Below, one piece after another: positions 9,601 through 18,663 of a stretch of 64,000 nt of DNA; positions within the stretch are counted from its first letter, which is position 1, and each line of letters begins with the position of its first letter. Location of the stretch: NCBI GenBank assembly GCA_018400295.1, contig JAGYMZ010000012.1, positions 1,129 through 65,128 on the forward strand. Reading direction: 5' to 3'. Source of the DNA: Bacteroidales bacterium (GTDB lineage: Bacteria > Bacteroidota > Bacteroidia > Bacteroidales > B18-G4). The translations under genes and the position numbers were made by a program. The notes below the pieces were generated by a model, which did not search any database, had not been told where the DNA came from, and worked only from the letters and a program-made list of their open reading frames with translations.

Positions 9601-10081
9601 TCCATGGCCCTATAAACCCATCCCAGAGTGTGCTGTTGTCGGCCGGCCCGTAAAGCAAACTTCCTGATTTGTCATAGATGGAAAATGACAGGTTGATCAT
9701 CTGGAAATAATGGCCGGGACCAACGTCTCCCTGTGTGTCGGGCGGGTAAACACCATTTACGTTGCTGATGCCATCGAAATTCTGTTCTATGGTTCGGGTG
9801 TTATTGGTACCCATGGCATGTTGAAGAACAGGGTCGGTGATATTTTGCGATTGGTGACCTTTGGCTTTCTTGTTTTCCTCGTTCCGAATGATATTATCTT
9901 TCCAGGAACGGTCCCGTTGGCCTGGCATTACCGGGGTGATATCTCTCAGGGGCTTTGTTTTCCTGAAGTGTTTGGCTTTCTGAACTTCAGGATTGGTGAA
10001 CTGGGTCTGTTGTGCCTGCACGGGTTGAAAGGAAATGATCAGCCACGGGAATAATAAGAAACATAAGGGCTTAATAGACAT
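6650..10081 (-). CDS. T9SS-secreted protein: uncharacterised N-terminal domain plus Ig/PKD-like repeats and a type A CTD
   Basis: Signal peptide; PPDTQGDVGP and RWGDYS motifs; four AGxDxxxC...WxTxGDGxF...YTPG repeats; PNPNKG...GIYFLRI CTD. Confidence 0.85.
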   Translation of the reverse strand: MSIKPLCFLLFPWLIISFQPVQAQQTQFTNPEVQKAKHFRKTKPLRDITPVMPGQRDRSWKDNIIRNEENKKAKGHQSQNITDPVLQHAMGTNNTRTIEQNFDGISNVNGVYPPDTQGDVGPGHYFQMINLSFSIYDKSGSLLYGPADNSTLWDGFIGPWTGTNDGDPIVLYDELADRWLASQFAVNTSDGTYWQLIAISETSDPTGSYYQYAFQFPAFNDYPKFGVWPDAYYASFNIFGSYFRAAAAAFERDSMLAGDPNASMILFDLPNGSDPASMLPSDFDGTPPPAGTPNYFTYFNDDVWGYPTDELRIWEFSADWATPSNSTFTESKILQPAAFDWEICSAYRGRCIDQQGTSRKLEALSDRMMYRLQYRNFGTHESLLTNHTVDAGGGVAGIRWYEIRDTHNGNGWEIHQEGTFSPDSDHRWMGSIAMDGNGNIALGYSVSSSSMYPAIRFTGRFSTDPPGQMTITEEEILAGTGAQTGSACRWGDYSMMAVDPSSPTTFWYTNEYLQTTGTAPWKTRIASFWFQPPMPSVNAGPDQITCEQDPVTLNPTVGNQSSVEWNTTGDGSFDDPALLNATYTPGTGDVTNDSVLLILTAYALAPLTDSVLDTTKLTILSRALAYSGNDTTICENASLATQGYVENADSVLWNTSGDGTFDDSTLVSALYTPGPADIDSGSVTLSLTAYSISPCTGDSTDIMTLSIQYLPEANAGTDDTICEGETYPLSGTASNHASVFWTTTGDGIFSNDSILDPVYTPGIADISNGTVTLTLTANAVFPCATDSSHAMELTIDELPTVDAGVFQTIPYGTSTTLSGAVSGGSGSFSYLWTPQDKVIDPTNLTTETVMLEATTIFTLTVTDLNTGCAGDDTVTINITGGPLAAEAMATPDNICEGDSTQLDVIPSGGSGTYSYAWTSDPPGFSDSIQNPTAYPPGNTTYIVTVDDGYSTINSSVDVTVFNEPYANAGMDTTICHDETITLYGTADNYSYLLWESDGDGFFNDPGILDATYTPGTGDIENGQAVLSLIAYPISPCMQADSDDLVLSIDVCSGMKGYISGTPDIHIQPNPNKGIFTLKANGLSCTSVKVDISDILGNHFYAKVFQPNKGSLDETLNMKSFPKGIYFLRIACGKQLLTKRLITH

Positions 10082-10258
10082 AATTTCATTTTTCGTTACA
10101 AGTATGCTGTAAAAATAGTAAATACCAGGGTGTTATTAAATACGGGGAAACGCTGAAATTGTTCAATAAATACCGCAGAAAAACCCGGATCCTGTTTCTT
10201 TTTGTTGACAGGCCCGGGAATTCTTTATATCTTAACATCCTGATAATTTATTTTTTGT

Positions 10259-11734
10259 ATGGAGCACATTAAAAAATACGGTTTCTGTATCCCTTATTCG
10301 TTATTCTTTTTGATCTGTGTGGGCTTGATGTCTTGTATGATTGTGTCTTGCGGGTCAAATGAAACGAAGGACCGGGACCTTGAACACATACCGGAAACTA
10401 TGATCCATAGGGATTTTGGAGAGATCAAAGAGGACGGTGTTTTACGGGCCATCACGATCTACAGTGCCACAAGTTATTTTCTTTACCGTGGACGCCCTAT
10501 GGGATTCGAGTATGAATTGCTTGAGCGATTGGCCAATCATCTGGATCTTCGCCTGGAGATCGTGATGGCTGATGACATCAATGACTTGTTTGACATGTTG
10601 AACCGCGGTGAGGGCGATCTTATTGCATACGGGCTTACCGTTACAGCACCGCGAAGAAAGCTTGTGAATTTTACCCGGCACCATTTTGTCACCCATCAGG
10701 TACTGGTGCAGCGAAAACCGGAAAACTGGAGAAAGATGAAGCTTCATGAAATTCAAAAGGAGTTGGTTACGAATGCCCTGGATTTAATTGACGATACGGT
10801 CCATGTCCGGAAAAATTCTTCCTATTTTCACCGTCTGAAAAATCTTTCCCAGGAAATGGGCGGTGCCATCCATATCAAGACCATATCCGGGAATTATGCC
10901 ACCGGCGAGATAATACAAATGGTTGTAAACGGGAAGGTGAAATATACCGTTGCAGATTACAGCATAGCGGCCATAAACCAGACTTATTACCCTATCCTTG
11001 ATGTTTCAACACCGGTCAGCTTTTCTCAGCGCATAGCATGGGCGGTTCGAAAGAATTCACCGGATCTTTTAGCGGTTGTCAATGAATGGATCAAGGGGAT
11101 GAAAAAGGAAACGGACTATTATGTGATCTACAATAAATATTTCAGGAACAAGAAATTATTCAAAAGAAGGATACGCAGCGAGTTTTATAGTCTGAATACC
11201 GGTAAGATAAGTCTGTATGACACGCACATTAAAAGGCATGCAGGCATGATCGGATGGGACTGGCGACTGATCAGTTCACTTATCTATCAGGAATCACGTT
11301 TTGAAGAGGATGCCGAGTCATGGGCAGGAGGAAAAGGGCTGATGCAATTGATGCCGGCAACTGCCCGGGAACTTGGGGTAAATAACAGGACCGATCCGGC
11401 TGAAAACATTGAAGGCGGCATTAAGTACCTGGGCCGGCTTTGGGATCGCTGGGATGACATTGCAGATTCTGTTCAGCGGATAAAGTTCGTGCTTGCCTCA
11501 TATAATTGTGGCTACCATCATGTACGCGATGCCCAGCGCCTGGCTGAAAAGTACGGGAAAGCTCCGTTGGTATGGGATGAGAATGTTGAGGAGTATATCC
11601 TGAAATTGTCTTTCCGCAGGTATTTTCAGGATGAAGTGGTTGAATATGGGTATGTGCGGGGTTCCGAGCCTTATGAATACGTTCGCGAGATCTTTGAGCG
11701 CTACGATCATTACCGGAAATTCATCCCGGCCTGA
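10259..11734 (+). CDS. mltF: Membrane-bound lytic murein transglycosylase F-like lipoprotein
   Basis: N-terminal SBP domain (SYFLYRGRPMGFEYEL) plus SLT domain (YQESRF, GLMQLMP, ASYN); lipobox IVSC. Confidence 0.85.
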   Translation: MEHIKKYGFCIPYSLFFLICVGLMSCMIVSCGSNETKDRDLEHIPETMIHRDFGEIKEDGVLRAITIYSATSYFLYRGRPMGFEYELLERLANHLDLRLEIVMADDINDLFDMLNRGEGDLIAYGLTVTAPRRKLVNFTRHHFVTHQVLVQRKPENWRKMKLHEIQKELVTNALDLIDDTVHVRKNSSYFHRLKNLSQEMGGAIHIKTISGNYATGEIIQMVVNGKVKYTVADYSIAAINQTYYPILDVSTPVSFSQRIAWAVRKNSPDLLAVVNEWIKGMKKETDYYVIYNKYFRNKKLFKRRIRSEFYSLNTGKISLYDTHIKRHAGMIGWDWRLISSLIYQESRFEEDAESWAGGKGLMQLMPATARELGVNNRTDPAENIEGGIKYLGRLWDRWDDIADSVQRIKFVLASYNCGYHHVRDAQRLAEKYGKAPLVWDENVEEYILKLSFRRYFQDEVVEYGYVRGSEPYEYVREIFERYDHYRKFIPA

Positions 11735-11833
11735 TCATGCCCAATACGCCACAATACTTTTGTTTTTTTATTTTTATTCTTTTATCTGCAAACATAGGAC
11801 GCATCCTTCAAAATAAAACCAATGATTTAAACC

Positions 11834-12985
11834 ATGCTTCATACATCATACATAGAGCTTAGCAAGCGCGCATTAAACAACAACATCCAGTTCATGAAAA
11901 ATAAGGCTGGCCGTGGCGTGAAGTATTCCATGGTGATCAAGGCCAATGCTTATGGGCATGGTATTGAAGACCTGCTGCCCATGATCGAGGATGCTGGCAT
12001 TGATCATTTTTCGGTGTTTAGCGTCACAGAGGCCATGCGGGTACATAAAATCAAAAAGGATGTGTGTGATCTGATGATCATGGGTTTTGTGGATGATGAT
12101 TATATCGAATGGGCGATCGATAACGATGCTTCTTTTTTTGTTTTTAGCATGGACCGGTTAAAAGCTGTAAAGCAGATCGGAAAAAAAACGAAAAAGCGGG
12201 CCAAAGTGCATATCGAACTGGAAACCGGAATGCACCGGACGGGGTTTTGCCAGGATCAGCTGGAGGAAGTGGTGGGAATAATTAAAGGCAATCCGGATGT
12301 GTTTGAAATGGAAGGTTTATGTACCCACCTTGCAGGTGCGGATAGCATTACCAATTATAAGCGTGTTATGGACCAGATCGTTACATTCCAGGATCTATGT
12401 TCGTGGTTCAATTCGGAAGGGCTGGCTTCAAGATACAGGCATATTGCCTGTTCTGCCGGAGTGCTGAATTTTCCGGACCACGTGTTTGATCTGGTGCGTG
12501 TCGGGATTTCCAACTATGGGTTTTGGCCCAGCAACGAAACCAAGATGATGCATATGCGCAACGGTGATATTCCTGAAGATCCGTTGAAAAGGGTCTTGTC
12601 CTGGAAAAGTGAGATCATGAGCGTAAACAATGTAGCGGAAGGGAAATATGTCAGTTATGGCACTTCTTACCTGACCAACCGGCGGAGCAAGATCGCAACG
12701 GTTCCGGTAGGATATGGCTATGGGTTCAACCGGACCCTGAGCAATAATGGCCATGTCCTTGTCCACGGAAAACGTGTTCCGGTCGTGGGAACGGTCAACA
12801 TGAACATGATGGTGATTGATGTGACCGACCTGCCCGGTGTAAAAGTGAACGATGAGGTCGTACTGATCGGTGAGCAGGGAGATGTGGAGATATCGGTGAG
12901 CTCTTTCGGGGACATGAACAACAGCATGAACTATGAGCTTTTGACAAGATTACCGGATCATATCCCAAGATATGTAATAGCATAG
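11834..12985 (+). CDS. alr: Alanine racemase
   Basis: PLP motif VIKANAYGHG, ETGMHRTG, catalytic VSYG. Confidence 0.92.
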   Translation: MLHTSYIELSKRALNNNIQFMKNKAGRGVKYSMVIKANAYGHGIEDLLPMIEDAGIDHFSVFSVTEAMRVHKIKKDVCDLMIMGFVDDDYIEWAIDNDASFFVFSMDRLKAVKQIGKKTKKRAKVHIELETGMHRTGFCQDQLEEVVGIIKGNPDVFEMEGLCTHLAGADSITNYKRVMDQIVTFQDLCSWFNSEGLASRYRHIACSAGVLNFPDHVFDLVRVGISNYGFWPSNETKMMHMRNGDIPEDPLKRVLSWKSEIMSVNNVAEGKYVSYGTSYLTNRRSKIATVPVGYGYGFNRTLSNNGHVLVHGKRVPVVGTVNMNMMVIDVTDLPGVKVNDEVVLIGEQGDVEISVSSFGDMNNSMNYELLTRLPDHIPRYVIA

Positions 12986-13025
12986 AAATATAATCCCGGA
13001 TGGTGCTTTGCAGATACCGGGAAGG

Positions 13026-15404
13026 CTATTCATATGTCAACACCTCTGCCGGATTGGTTCGGGTGGCTTTCAGGGTTTGATAGAGCATAGCCAGGATGCT
13101 GATGAGCAACACAATTACAAAGGCCGCGGGGAATATCCACCAATAGTTGCCGATGTGTATCCTGAATGCAAAATTTTCCAGCCATGTTGAAATAAAAATA
13201 TAAGCAACTGGCCAGGCCAAAAGGGTCCCTATCAGAACCCAGCGCAAGAGGTCCCTGAACAGAAGCATTAATATGTCAGCCGGACTTCCTCCCAGGGTTT
13301 TGCGGATAGCGATCTCTTTCATTTTTTTGCGTATGGTGAACGTGGCAAGCCCATACAATCCCAGCATCGAAAGCAACATCGCCAGAATAGCGGCGGATGT
13401 GATCAGATGGTTTACTTGCCTTTCTTTGCGGTAGTGCCTTTCAAGGGACTGGTCCAGGAAATAGTAATCGGCGATGTAAAAGGGATCCGCTTCCTGCATG
13501 ATCCGGCTGAGCTTTTCCACTGCCTGATTAGCCGCGCCGGGCTTTATTCTGACGGATATCCGGTTAAAATTATGGGAATACATGGTAAAAACATGTGGGT
13601 CTACTTCATGGTGGAAGGAGCGGAAATTAAAATCCTTCACAACGCCAGCCACTTTCCCGGATTGTTCCCATACAACAACTTTTTTCCCGATAGGGTTCTT
13701 TAGTCCGAGTTTTTTCACCGCGATCTCATTCAATATAAATACCCCCGTGTCTGTCGCCATTTCGGGGTTAAAGTCACGACCTTTGATAATATGCAAACCC
13801 ATTGTTTCAATATACCCGTGCTGGACCCGGTTCTCATAAACGATCATGCCTGATTTGGGATCATCTCCTTCGTTGTATAGATTCTGGACGCTCCGGTCAT
13901 AACCTGGTACGCTTTGGGAGGCTGTTACTTCAACCACATAGGGCAGGTTTTTCATTTCGCCTTTGAGTGATTTGTATGAATTCCGGATCTTTCCTGTGAG
14001 GTTATGGAAAACCAGGACGTTTTCTTTGTTAAAGCCCGGGTCCTTTTGTTGAATATAACCCATTTGTGCCTGGATCAATAAAATGGATGTGATCAGAAAA
14101 ACAGAAATGGACATTTGCATTGTGACGAGCACTTTTCTGAGGAAATGCGGATCCTTCCCGCTGTGCCGGATGCCTTTCAGGACCCTGACAGGTTGAAAGC
14201 GTGACAGATATAAAGCCGGGTATATGCCTGATATGGCTCCGGTAAAAACCGCAAAAAATACCATGCTCAGAAAAATCCAGGGATTGTTCCAGTAAACGAT
14301 GGACATATCCGTATCCAGCGTGGAAGCAAGCGGGATTATCAGCAGTTCGTTCAGCACCAGGGCCAATGAAAATGAGATGAGGGCAAGGATCACGGATTCG
14401 CCGGTAAACTGCCAGACGATATTCCTGCGGGTGGCCCCGCATACCTTACGCATGCTTATTTCCCGGGCACGGCTATCGGATTGGGCCGTTACAAGATTGA
14501 TGAAATTCATGACTGCGATGAGGATGATAAAAACCGCCAGGGCAATGAAGATGTATACCTTGTTGATATCCCCCTGGTCCGATGTGTCGAAGCTGAAATC
14601 TGAGTAAAGGTGTATGCGGTGCAGGGGCTGGAGGGAGTGATCCATTCTGATTCCGTAGTTTCCCAGCCGTTCGTCGATGCTATTATTGGCGATCCCGATG
14701 ACCTTCTTTTTGACGGCAGCAGGATCCACGCCTTCCCTGAAGAGATAATACTGTGGAAAGGATATCCCGTTGCTTTTCACAACGTTGTATTCCGGACGTT
14801 CGACCGAAGAAAAGGAGGCGAACATATCGGACTTCAGGTGGGAATTCGGTGGGATGTTTGCGATGATCCCGGTTACTTTATAGGGATTGCCGTCAATGTT
14901 CAGCATTTGGTTCAGGGCTGTGTCCCCGAAAAATTTTTGGGCCGTTTTCCGGGTAAGCACTACTGTAAACGGATCCCTTAGTGCGATGTCGGGATTGCCT
15001 TCCAGGAAAGGGAAGTCAAAGATGCCGAAAAAGGATGTATCCACCCAGACAAGGGTTTCCGAGATAAAACGTTTATCCGCAAACGTTACCTCTTCCGTAT
15101 CCCATCCATATACCCGGCTGGCTTTTTCTATTTCGGGTACTTGCTGCAATACGGCCTGTGGAATTTCACCGGAACTGGCTGAAATGGAAATAGCCTTGCC
15201 ACCGGGCATGGACCCTTCACCTGCGATCCTGTAAATGCGGTCCCCTTTTTTATGAAAATTATCGTAGCTAAGCTCAAAATATACATAGTTCATGATCAGA
15301 ATGGAGGATGAGAACCCAACCATAAGGCCTATGATGTTGATCATGGAATTGACTTTGTGTCTCAGCAAAGTCCGGATAGCGATCTTGATAAAATTCTTAA
15401 TCAC
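13026..15404 (-). CDS. MacB/FtsX-family ABC transporter permease
   Basis: MIKNFIKIAIR start; NFINL..A....RAREISMRK; KEIAIRKTLG; terminal NPAEVLTYE. Confidence 0.9.
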   Translation of the reverse strand: MIKNFIKIAIRTLLRHKVNSMINIIGLMVGFSSSILIMNYVYFELSYDNFHKKGDRIYRIAGEGSMPGGKAISISASSGEIPQAVLQQVPEIEKASRVYGWDTEEVTFADKRFISETLVWVDTSFFGIFDFPFLEGNPDIALRDPFTVVLTRKTAQKFFGDTALNQMLNIDGNPYKVTGIIANIPPNSHLKSDMFASFSSVERPEYNVVKSNGISFPQYYLFREGVDPAAVKKKVIGIANNSIDERLGNYGIRMDHSLQPLHRIHLYSDFSFDTSDQGDINKVYIFIALAVFIILIAVMNFINLVTAQSDSRAREISMRKVCGATRRNIVWQFTGESVILALISFSLALVLNELLIIPLASTLDTDMSIVYWNNPWIFLSMVFFAVFTGAISGIYPALYLSRFQPVRVLKGIRHSGKDPHFLRKVLVTMQMSISVFLITSILLIQAQMGYIQQKDPGFNKENVLVFHNLTGKIRNSYKSLKGEMKNLPYVVEVTASQSVPGYDRSVQNLYNEGDDPKSGMIVYENRVQHGYIETMGLHIIKGRDFNPEMATDTGVFILNEIAVKKLGLKNPIGKKVVVWEQSGKVAGVVKDFNFRSFHHEVDPHVFTMYSHNFNRISVRIKPGAANQAVEKLSRIMQEADPFYIADYYFLDQSLERHYRKERQVNHLITSAAILAMLLSMLGLYGLATFTIRKKMKEIAIRKTLGGSPADILMLLFRDLLRWVLIGTLLAWPVAYIFISTWLENFAFRIHIGNYWWIFPAAFVIVLLISILAMLYQTLKATRTNPAEVLTYE

Positions 15405-15560
15405 GATCTTCGCGGTTTAAATTTCCTGAATATGTAATATGAAGGATAAGATGGAATTTTGTTACAGGAAGGCAGGAATTTTCTTTGATAGGCCAGGTGC
15501 TTCCTGCCTGGTGAATGCTTGCGAAACGCGGTCAGAAGCTGGTCGTTTTCCGGGAAGTGT

Positions 15561-16226
15561 TTATCCGTTATCTTTCTGAAGAATGCAAAACATGGAATGG
15601 TATGTTTCCGGGCGGGTAAGGAAACCCTCCACATGTTGTTTTTCTTCCTGGATCAGCCGCAACATCGTTGAATCGGTCTTACAGGAATCTGCCAGTTCCT
15701 GAAGCTTTTTTTGCAAACAACTGTAATAGGATTTCCACCAGGCATCTGCCGGCAGTTCAAAGCTGTCCTTTATTTTGTACCGGCAAGCCTGAATAATCTT
15801 TATTTTTTCGTTTTTAATGTCATCGTGTACGACATAGTAACCCTTGTCTTTTAAAAAAGGCCTGAAAAAGGCCAGCCCTTTTTCAAAACCGATGATGTTC
15901 AGGATGCCTTCCGCCCAGATAATGTCAAAGCTTTTTTCCGGAAGGCGGGCTTTGAACACAGATGAATGTATGGTTTCTATTTTATTTTCCAGGTGCAGTT
16001 TTTTTATCCTGGAATTGAGAAAGTCAATGCAGTCTTTGTCTTCATCAACAGCCACTATATTTCCGTTTGTTAATTCAGCAAGTTGCAGGGAGGTGGCTCC
16101 GGTGCCACACCCCAGGTCCAGGAGCTGGGGCTCATCAATATATGGTATTTTCCCGAATGCTTTCCGGGTATATTCTATCAGATTGGTGCGGCATGTGTCG
16201 CGGATGGATAATATATTGATGTTCAT
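15561..16226 (-). CDS. Class I SAM-dependent methyltransferase
   Basis: Motif I LDLGCGTG; FDIIWAEG. Confidence 0.85.
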   Translation of the reverse strand: MNINILSIRDTCRTNLIEYTRKAFGKIPYIDEPQLLDLGCGTGATSLQLAELTNGNIVAVDEDKDCIDFLNSRIKKLHLENKIETIHSSVFKARLPEKSFDIIWAEGILNIIGFEKGLAFFRPFLKDKGYYVVHDDIKNEKIKIIQACRYKIKDSFELPADAWWKSYYSCLQKKLQELADSCKTDSTMLRLIQEEKQHVEGFLTRPETYHSMFCILQKDNG

Positions 16227-16393
16227 GGGCTAGGAATATGGTGCATAAGGTACAAAAAAGCGAAAATCAATTTATTTGTGAAGATACCCATGTTTTTTAA
16301 GAAAAATCAAGAATGGCATCTTCCCACATGAGGCAAACTATTGTTAACCTGTGGATGTTTTTTTACATTTTTTTCAAAAAAAAGAGCATTGCC

Positions 16394-17125
16394 TCAAAAA
16401 CCGATGAGGTATTCTGTGTTTATGCCTTTGCTTACGAATGTCTGAAAGGCATTATTTAACGTATCTTCTGTGGAAGCATGGACATTTTTCCTGGCCGGGG
16501 GCCGGGTTGGAACTGTGAGGTAGGCGATATCCGGGTGAAGTTGATGAATGAAAGAAGAAACGGCTTCAAGAGACTCCACGCCATCATTGACGCCATCGAT
16601 GAGCATCGTTTCAGTAATGAGTTTGCCCTTGAATGTGGTTGAAAATTCAAACATAGCCCTTAGTATCTGTTCCAGGGTCAGTGATTTATGAGGCCTGTTG
16701 ACCTTTTTCCAGGTCCCATTGTCCACGGCATCAATTTTCAGGGAGACCAGGTCTGCACGTTCCAGGTCTTTTCTGACATCCTTCTGCCATAGCAGTGACC
16801 CATTGGTGATCACGGCTATTTTAATGCCCGATACGAGCAGCAGATTGATCTCCTGTCCCAGTCCACTATCCAGTGTGGGTTCACCATCGGGTATAAAAGT
16901 AAGGTAATCGATGTTTTCATTTCTTTTATGAAGATTGTTTACGTTGCCAAGCACTTCATCTGCCAGTTGTTCGGGATGATACTTTCTGCTGCGTTTGATC
17001 TCCATGCTGACGGCTATGCCAAGCTGGCAGTAAATACAGGCATAGCTGCAAATTTTGGAAGGCATGTTGTTAATGCCCAAACTACTGCCAAGCCTCCGGG
17101 AGGGAAAAGGTCCAAATGTTTTCAT
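16394..17125 (-). CDS. Radical SAM protein (COG0731-like), probably C-terminally truncated
   Basis: FGPFPSRRLGSSLGINN, CSYACIYC (CxxxCxxC), DGEPTL, PTRPPA; ATG 17125 preferred; stop followed by a degenerate continuation. Confidence 0.8.
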   Translation of the reverse strand: MKTFGPFPSRRLGSSLGINNMPSKICSYACIYCQLGIAVSMEIKRSRKYHPEQLADEVLGNVNNLHKRNENIDYLTFIPDGEPTLDSGLGQEINLLLVSGIKIAVITNGSLLWQKDVRKDLERADLVSLKIDAVDNGTWKKVNRPHKSLTLEQILRAMFEFSTTFKGKLITETMLIDGVNDGVESLEAVSSFIHQLHPDIAYLTVPTRPPARKNVHASTEDTLNNAFQTFVSKGINTEYLIGF

Positions 17126-17619
17126 AAAATAGTCTTCGTGATCCGGCACAGCCGTACGAGGCGTTTCATGCCTCCGATTTTCATGGTGCGGGCTACAATG
17201 TTACCGCATGCAGACAGGGAGAAGACGGGAAATTGCCGGGTATCCTTCAAAATTGATCTCATGTCGGCACAAGATCATTATGGCTCGTTCTGGATGCACA
17301 CAGGCAATGATCATCCTGGGATCTATCATGTTCCCCATAGTAATGTTGTCATCCGGGCAATAAATGAAAGTTGTGTTTAGCAGGATATGAACGGTATGTG
17401 CATTGTCAGGATGCCACTTTTTTTGAAGCGTATACCGGTTGCTTTTGATCCGGCTTTCTCTGTCAAACCCTTGGTCATTTAATCAAAGATACGATTTTTT
17501 TTGTAATATTAAAAGATTATTCCATTATAAATAAGATCTAAAGTGTAGATCGGGTTTGGTCTGATGGTTGACTGGTATAGTATTTGTTCCTGGCATTGCG
17601 AACCCTTAAATTTTTCATC

Positions 17620-17814
17620 ATGGCGATCAAAGAAGTTTTTATAGAAGAAGGTTGTACGGCATGCGGGCTTTGCACCGATATCTGTCCGGAAGTCTTTGAG
17701 CTCCCCGACGATGTTGCCATCGTTAAAGAAGGTGTTAATTTTGATGATTTCGAGGATGAGATCAAAGAAGCGGCAGAGAGCTGCCCGGTGGAGGTGATCA
17801 AATATAAGGAATAG
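17620..17814 (+). CDS. Ferredoxin (single-cluster Fe-S type, 64 aa)
   Basis: CTACGLCTDICP...AAESCPVEVI; acidic; ATG at 17620. Confidence 0.9.
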   Translation: MAIKEVFIEEGCTACGLCTDICPEVFELPDDVAIVKEGVNFDDFEDEIKEAAESCPVEVIKYKE

Positions 17815-17903
17815 GTCAAAGACGAGCGCACCGCTTGCATCAGGGAACTACTCTTATATAAAAATACCCCTGATTAATGCATTGTCAAACAGGGGTGGAA
17901 TTG

Positions 17904-17974
17904 AGGTACCGAGCGGATTCGAACCGCTGTACAAGGTTTTGCAGACCTCTGCCTAACCACTCGGCCACGGTACC
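17904..17974 (-). tRNA. tRNA-Cys(GCA)
   Basis: Reverse complement GGTACCGTGGCCGAGTGGTTAGGCAGAGGTCTGCAAAACCTTGTACAGCGGTTCGAATCCGCTCGGTACCT folds as a cloverleaf; anticodon GCA; U discriminator; CCA not encoded; TATCTTTG element just upstream. Confidence 0.96.
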
Positions 17975-18026
17975 TTTTTGCGGGAATGCAAAGATACAAA
18001 AAATATGGTTATGGTTACAGGCTCAT

Positions 18027-18197
18027 CTATTTCTCTTTCTCTGCCAAGGCTTTCACGCATTCCGGACAGGGGCAGGGGGCGGGGATGGTATGGTCATGAT
18101 CGGGGCGTTCGCATGAACAACCCGGTTGACTGAGGCATTCAAATTCTTTGCCGCAGGCAGGACAAATCTTTCGTTTTACTTTATAGATGGCTTTCAT
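18027..18197 (-). CDS. Small cysteine-rich protein (Cys_rich_CWC-like), 56 aa, not in the ORF track
   Basis: Hand translation MKAIYKVKRKICPACGKEFECLSQPGCSCERPDHDHTIPAPCPCPECVKALAEKEK*; CPxCGxxFEC...CxC...CxCPxC pattern; fills the folB-tRNA gap on the same strand. Confidence 0.7.
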   Translation of the reverse strand: MKAIYKVKRKICPACGKEFECLSQPGCSCERPDHDHTIPAPCPCPECVKALAEKEK

Positions 18198-18241
18198 GGT
18201 ATGTTGGGGGCGTAATATTTAAAAGGACAAGCGCGGATAAC

Positions 18242-18592
18242 TCACATCGTTACAGTTACGCTTACCCTGTCCACTTTCCCTCCCAGTGGAGGGTTCATCT
18301 TGGATATCTTTATACGGGCCGATTGCACTTTTGGATACGTTTCCGCTAAACGGTCCAGAATCCGGCGCGCTACGTGCTCGATTAAATGAGACTTCTGTTC
18401 CATCTCATGTTTTACTAACAAATAAATGTCCTGGTAGTTCAATGTCCGGCTAAGTTTGTCGGTTTCTTCGGCTTCGCTCGTATTGGTTTCCAGGTAAAGG
18501 TCTACCAAAAAACGCGTACCAATGATCTGCTCCTCACGGAAACATCCGTGATATGCATAAAAATCCATTCCTTCCAGTGAAATAATAGCCAT
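18242..18592 (-). CDS. folB: Dihydroneopterin aldolase
   Basis: FYAYHGC..EE...G..FLVDL, TLNY, LIEHVA, KMNPP. Confidence 0.93.
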   Translation of the reverse strand: MAIISLEGMDFYAYHGCFREEQIIGTRFLVDLYLETNTSEAEETDKLSRTLNYQDIYLLVKHEMEQKSHLIEHVARRILDRLAETYPKVQSARIKISKMNPPLGGKVDRVSVTVTM

Positions 18593-18663
18593 AGTGTGTA
18601 AAATAAAAGCAAATAAGATAAAAATCCCTTACGTAATACACATGTGCCGGCTCCGGAAGCAGG

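Noticed and set aside
10119-10173. Three TAAATAC copies between divergent genes
   Set aside because: Irregular spacing (18 and 30 bp) in AT-rich DNA; too weak
13026-15404. ABC permease without an adjacent ATPase
   Set aside because: Orphan MacB-type permeases are common in Bacteroidota
17904-17974. tRNA-Cys as an island integration site
   Set aside because: No duplicate of the tRNA 3' end and no integrase seen in the window
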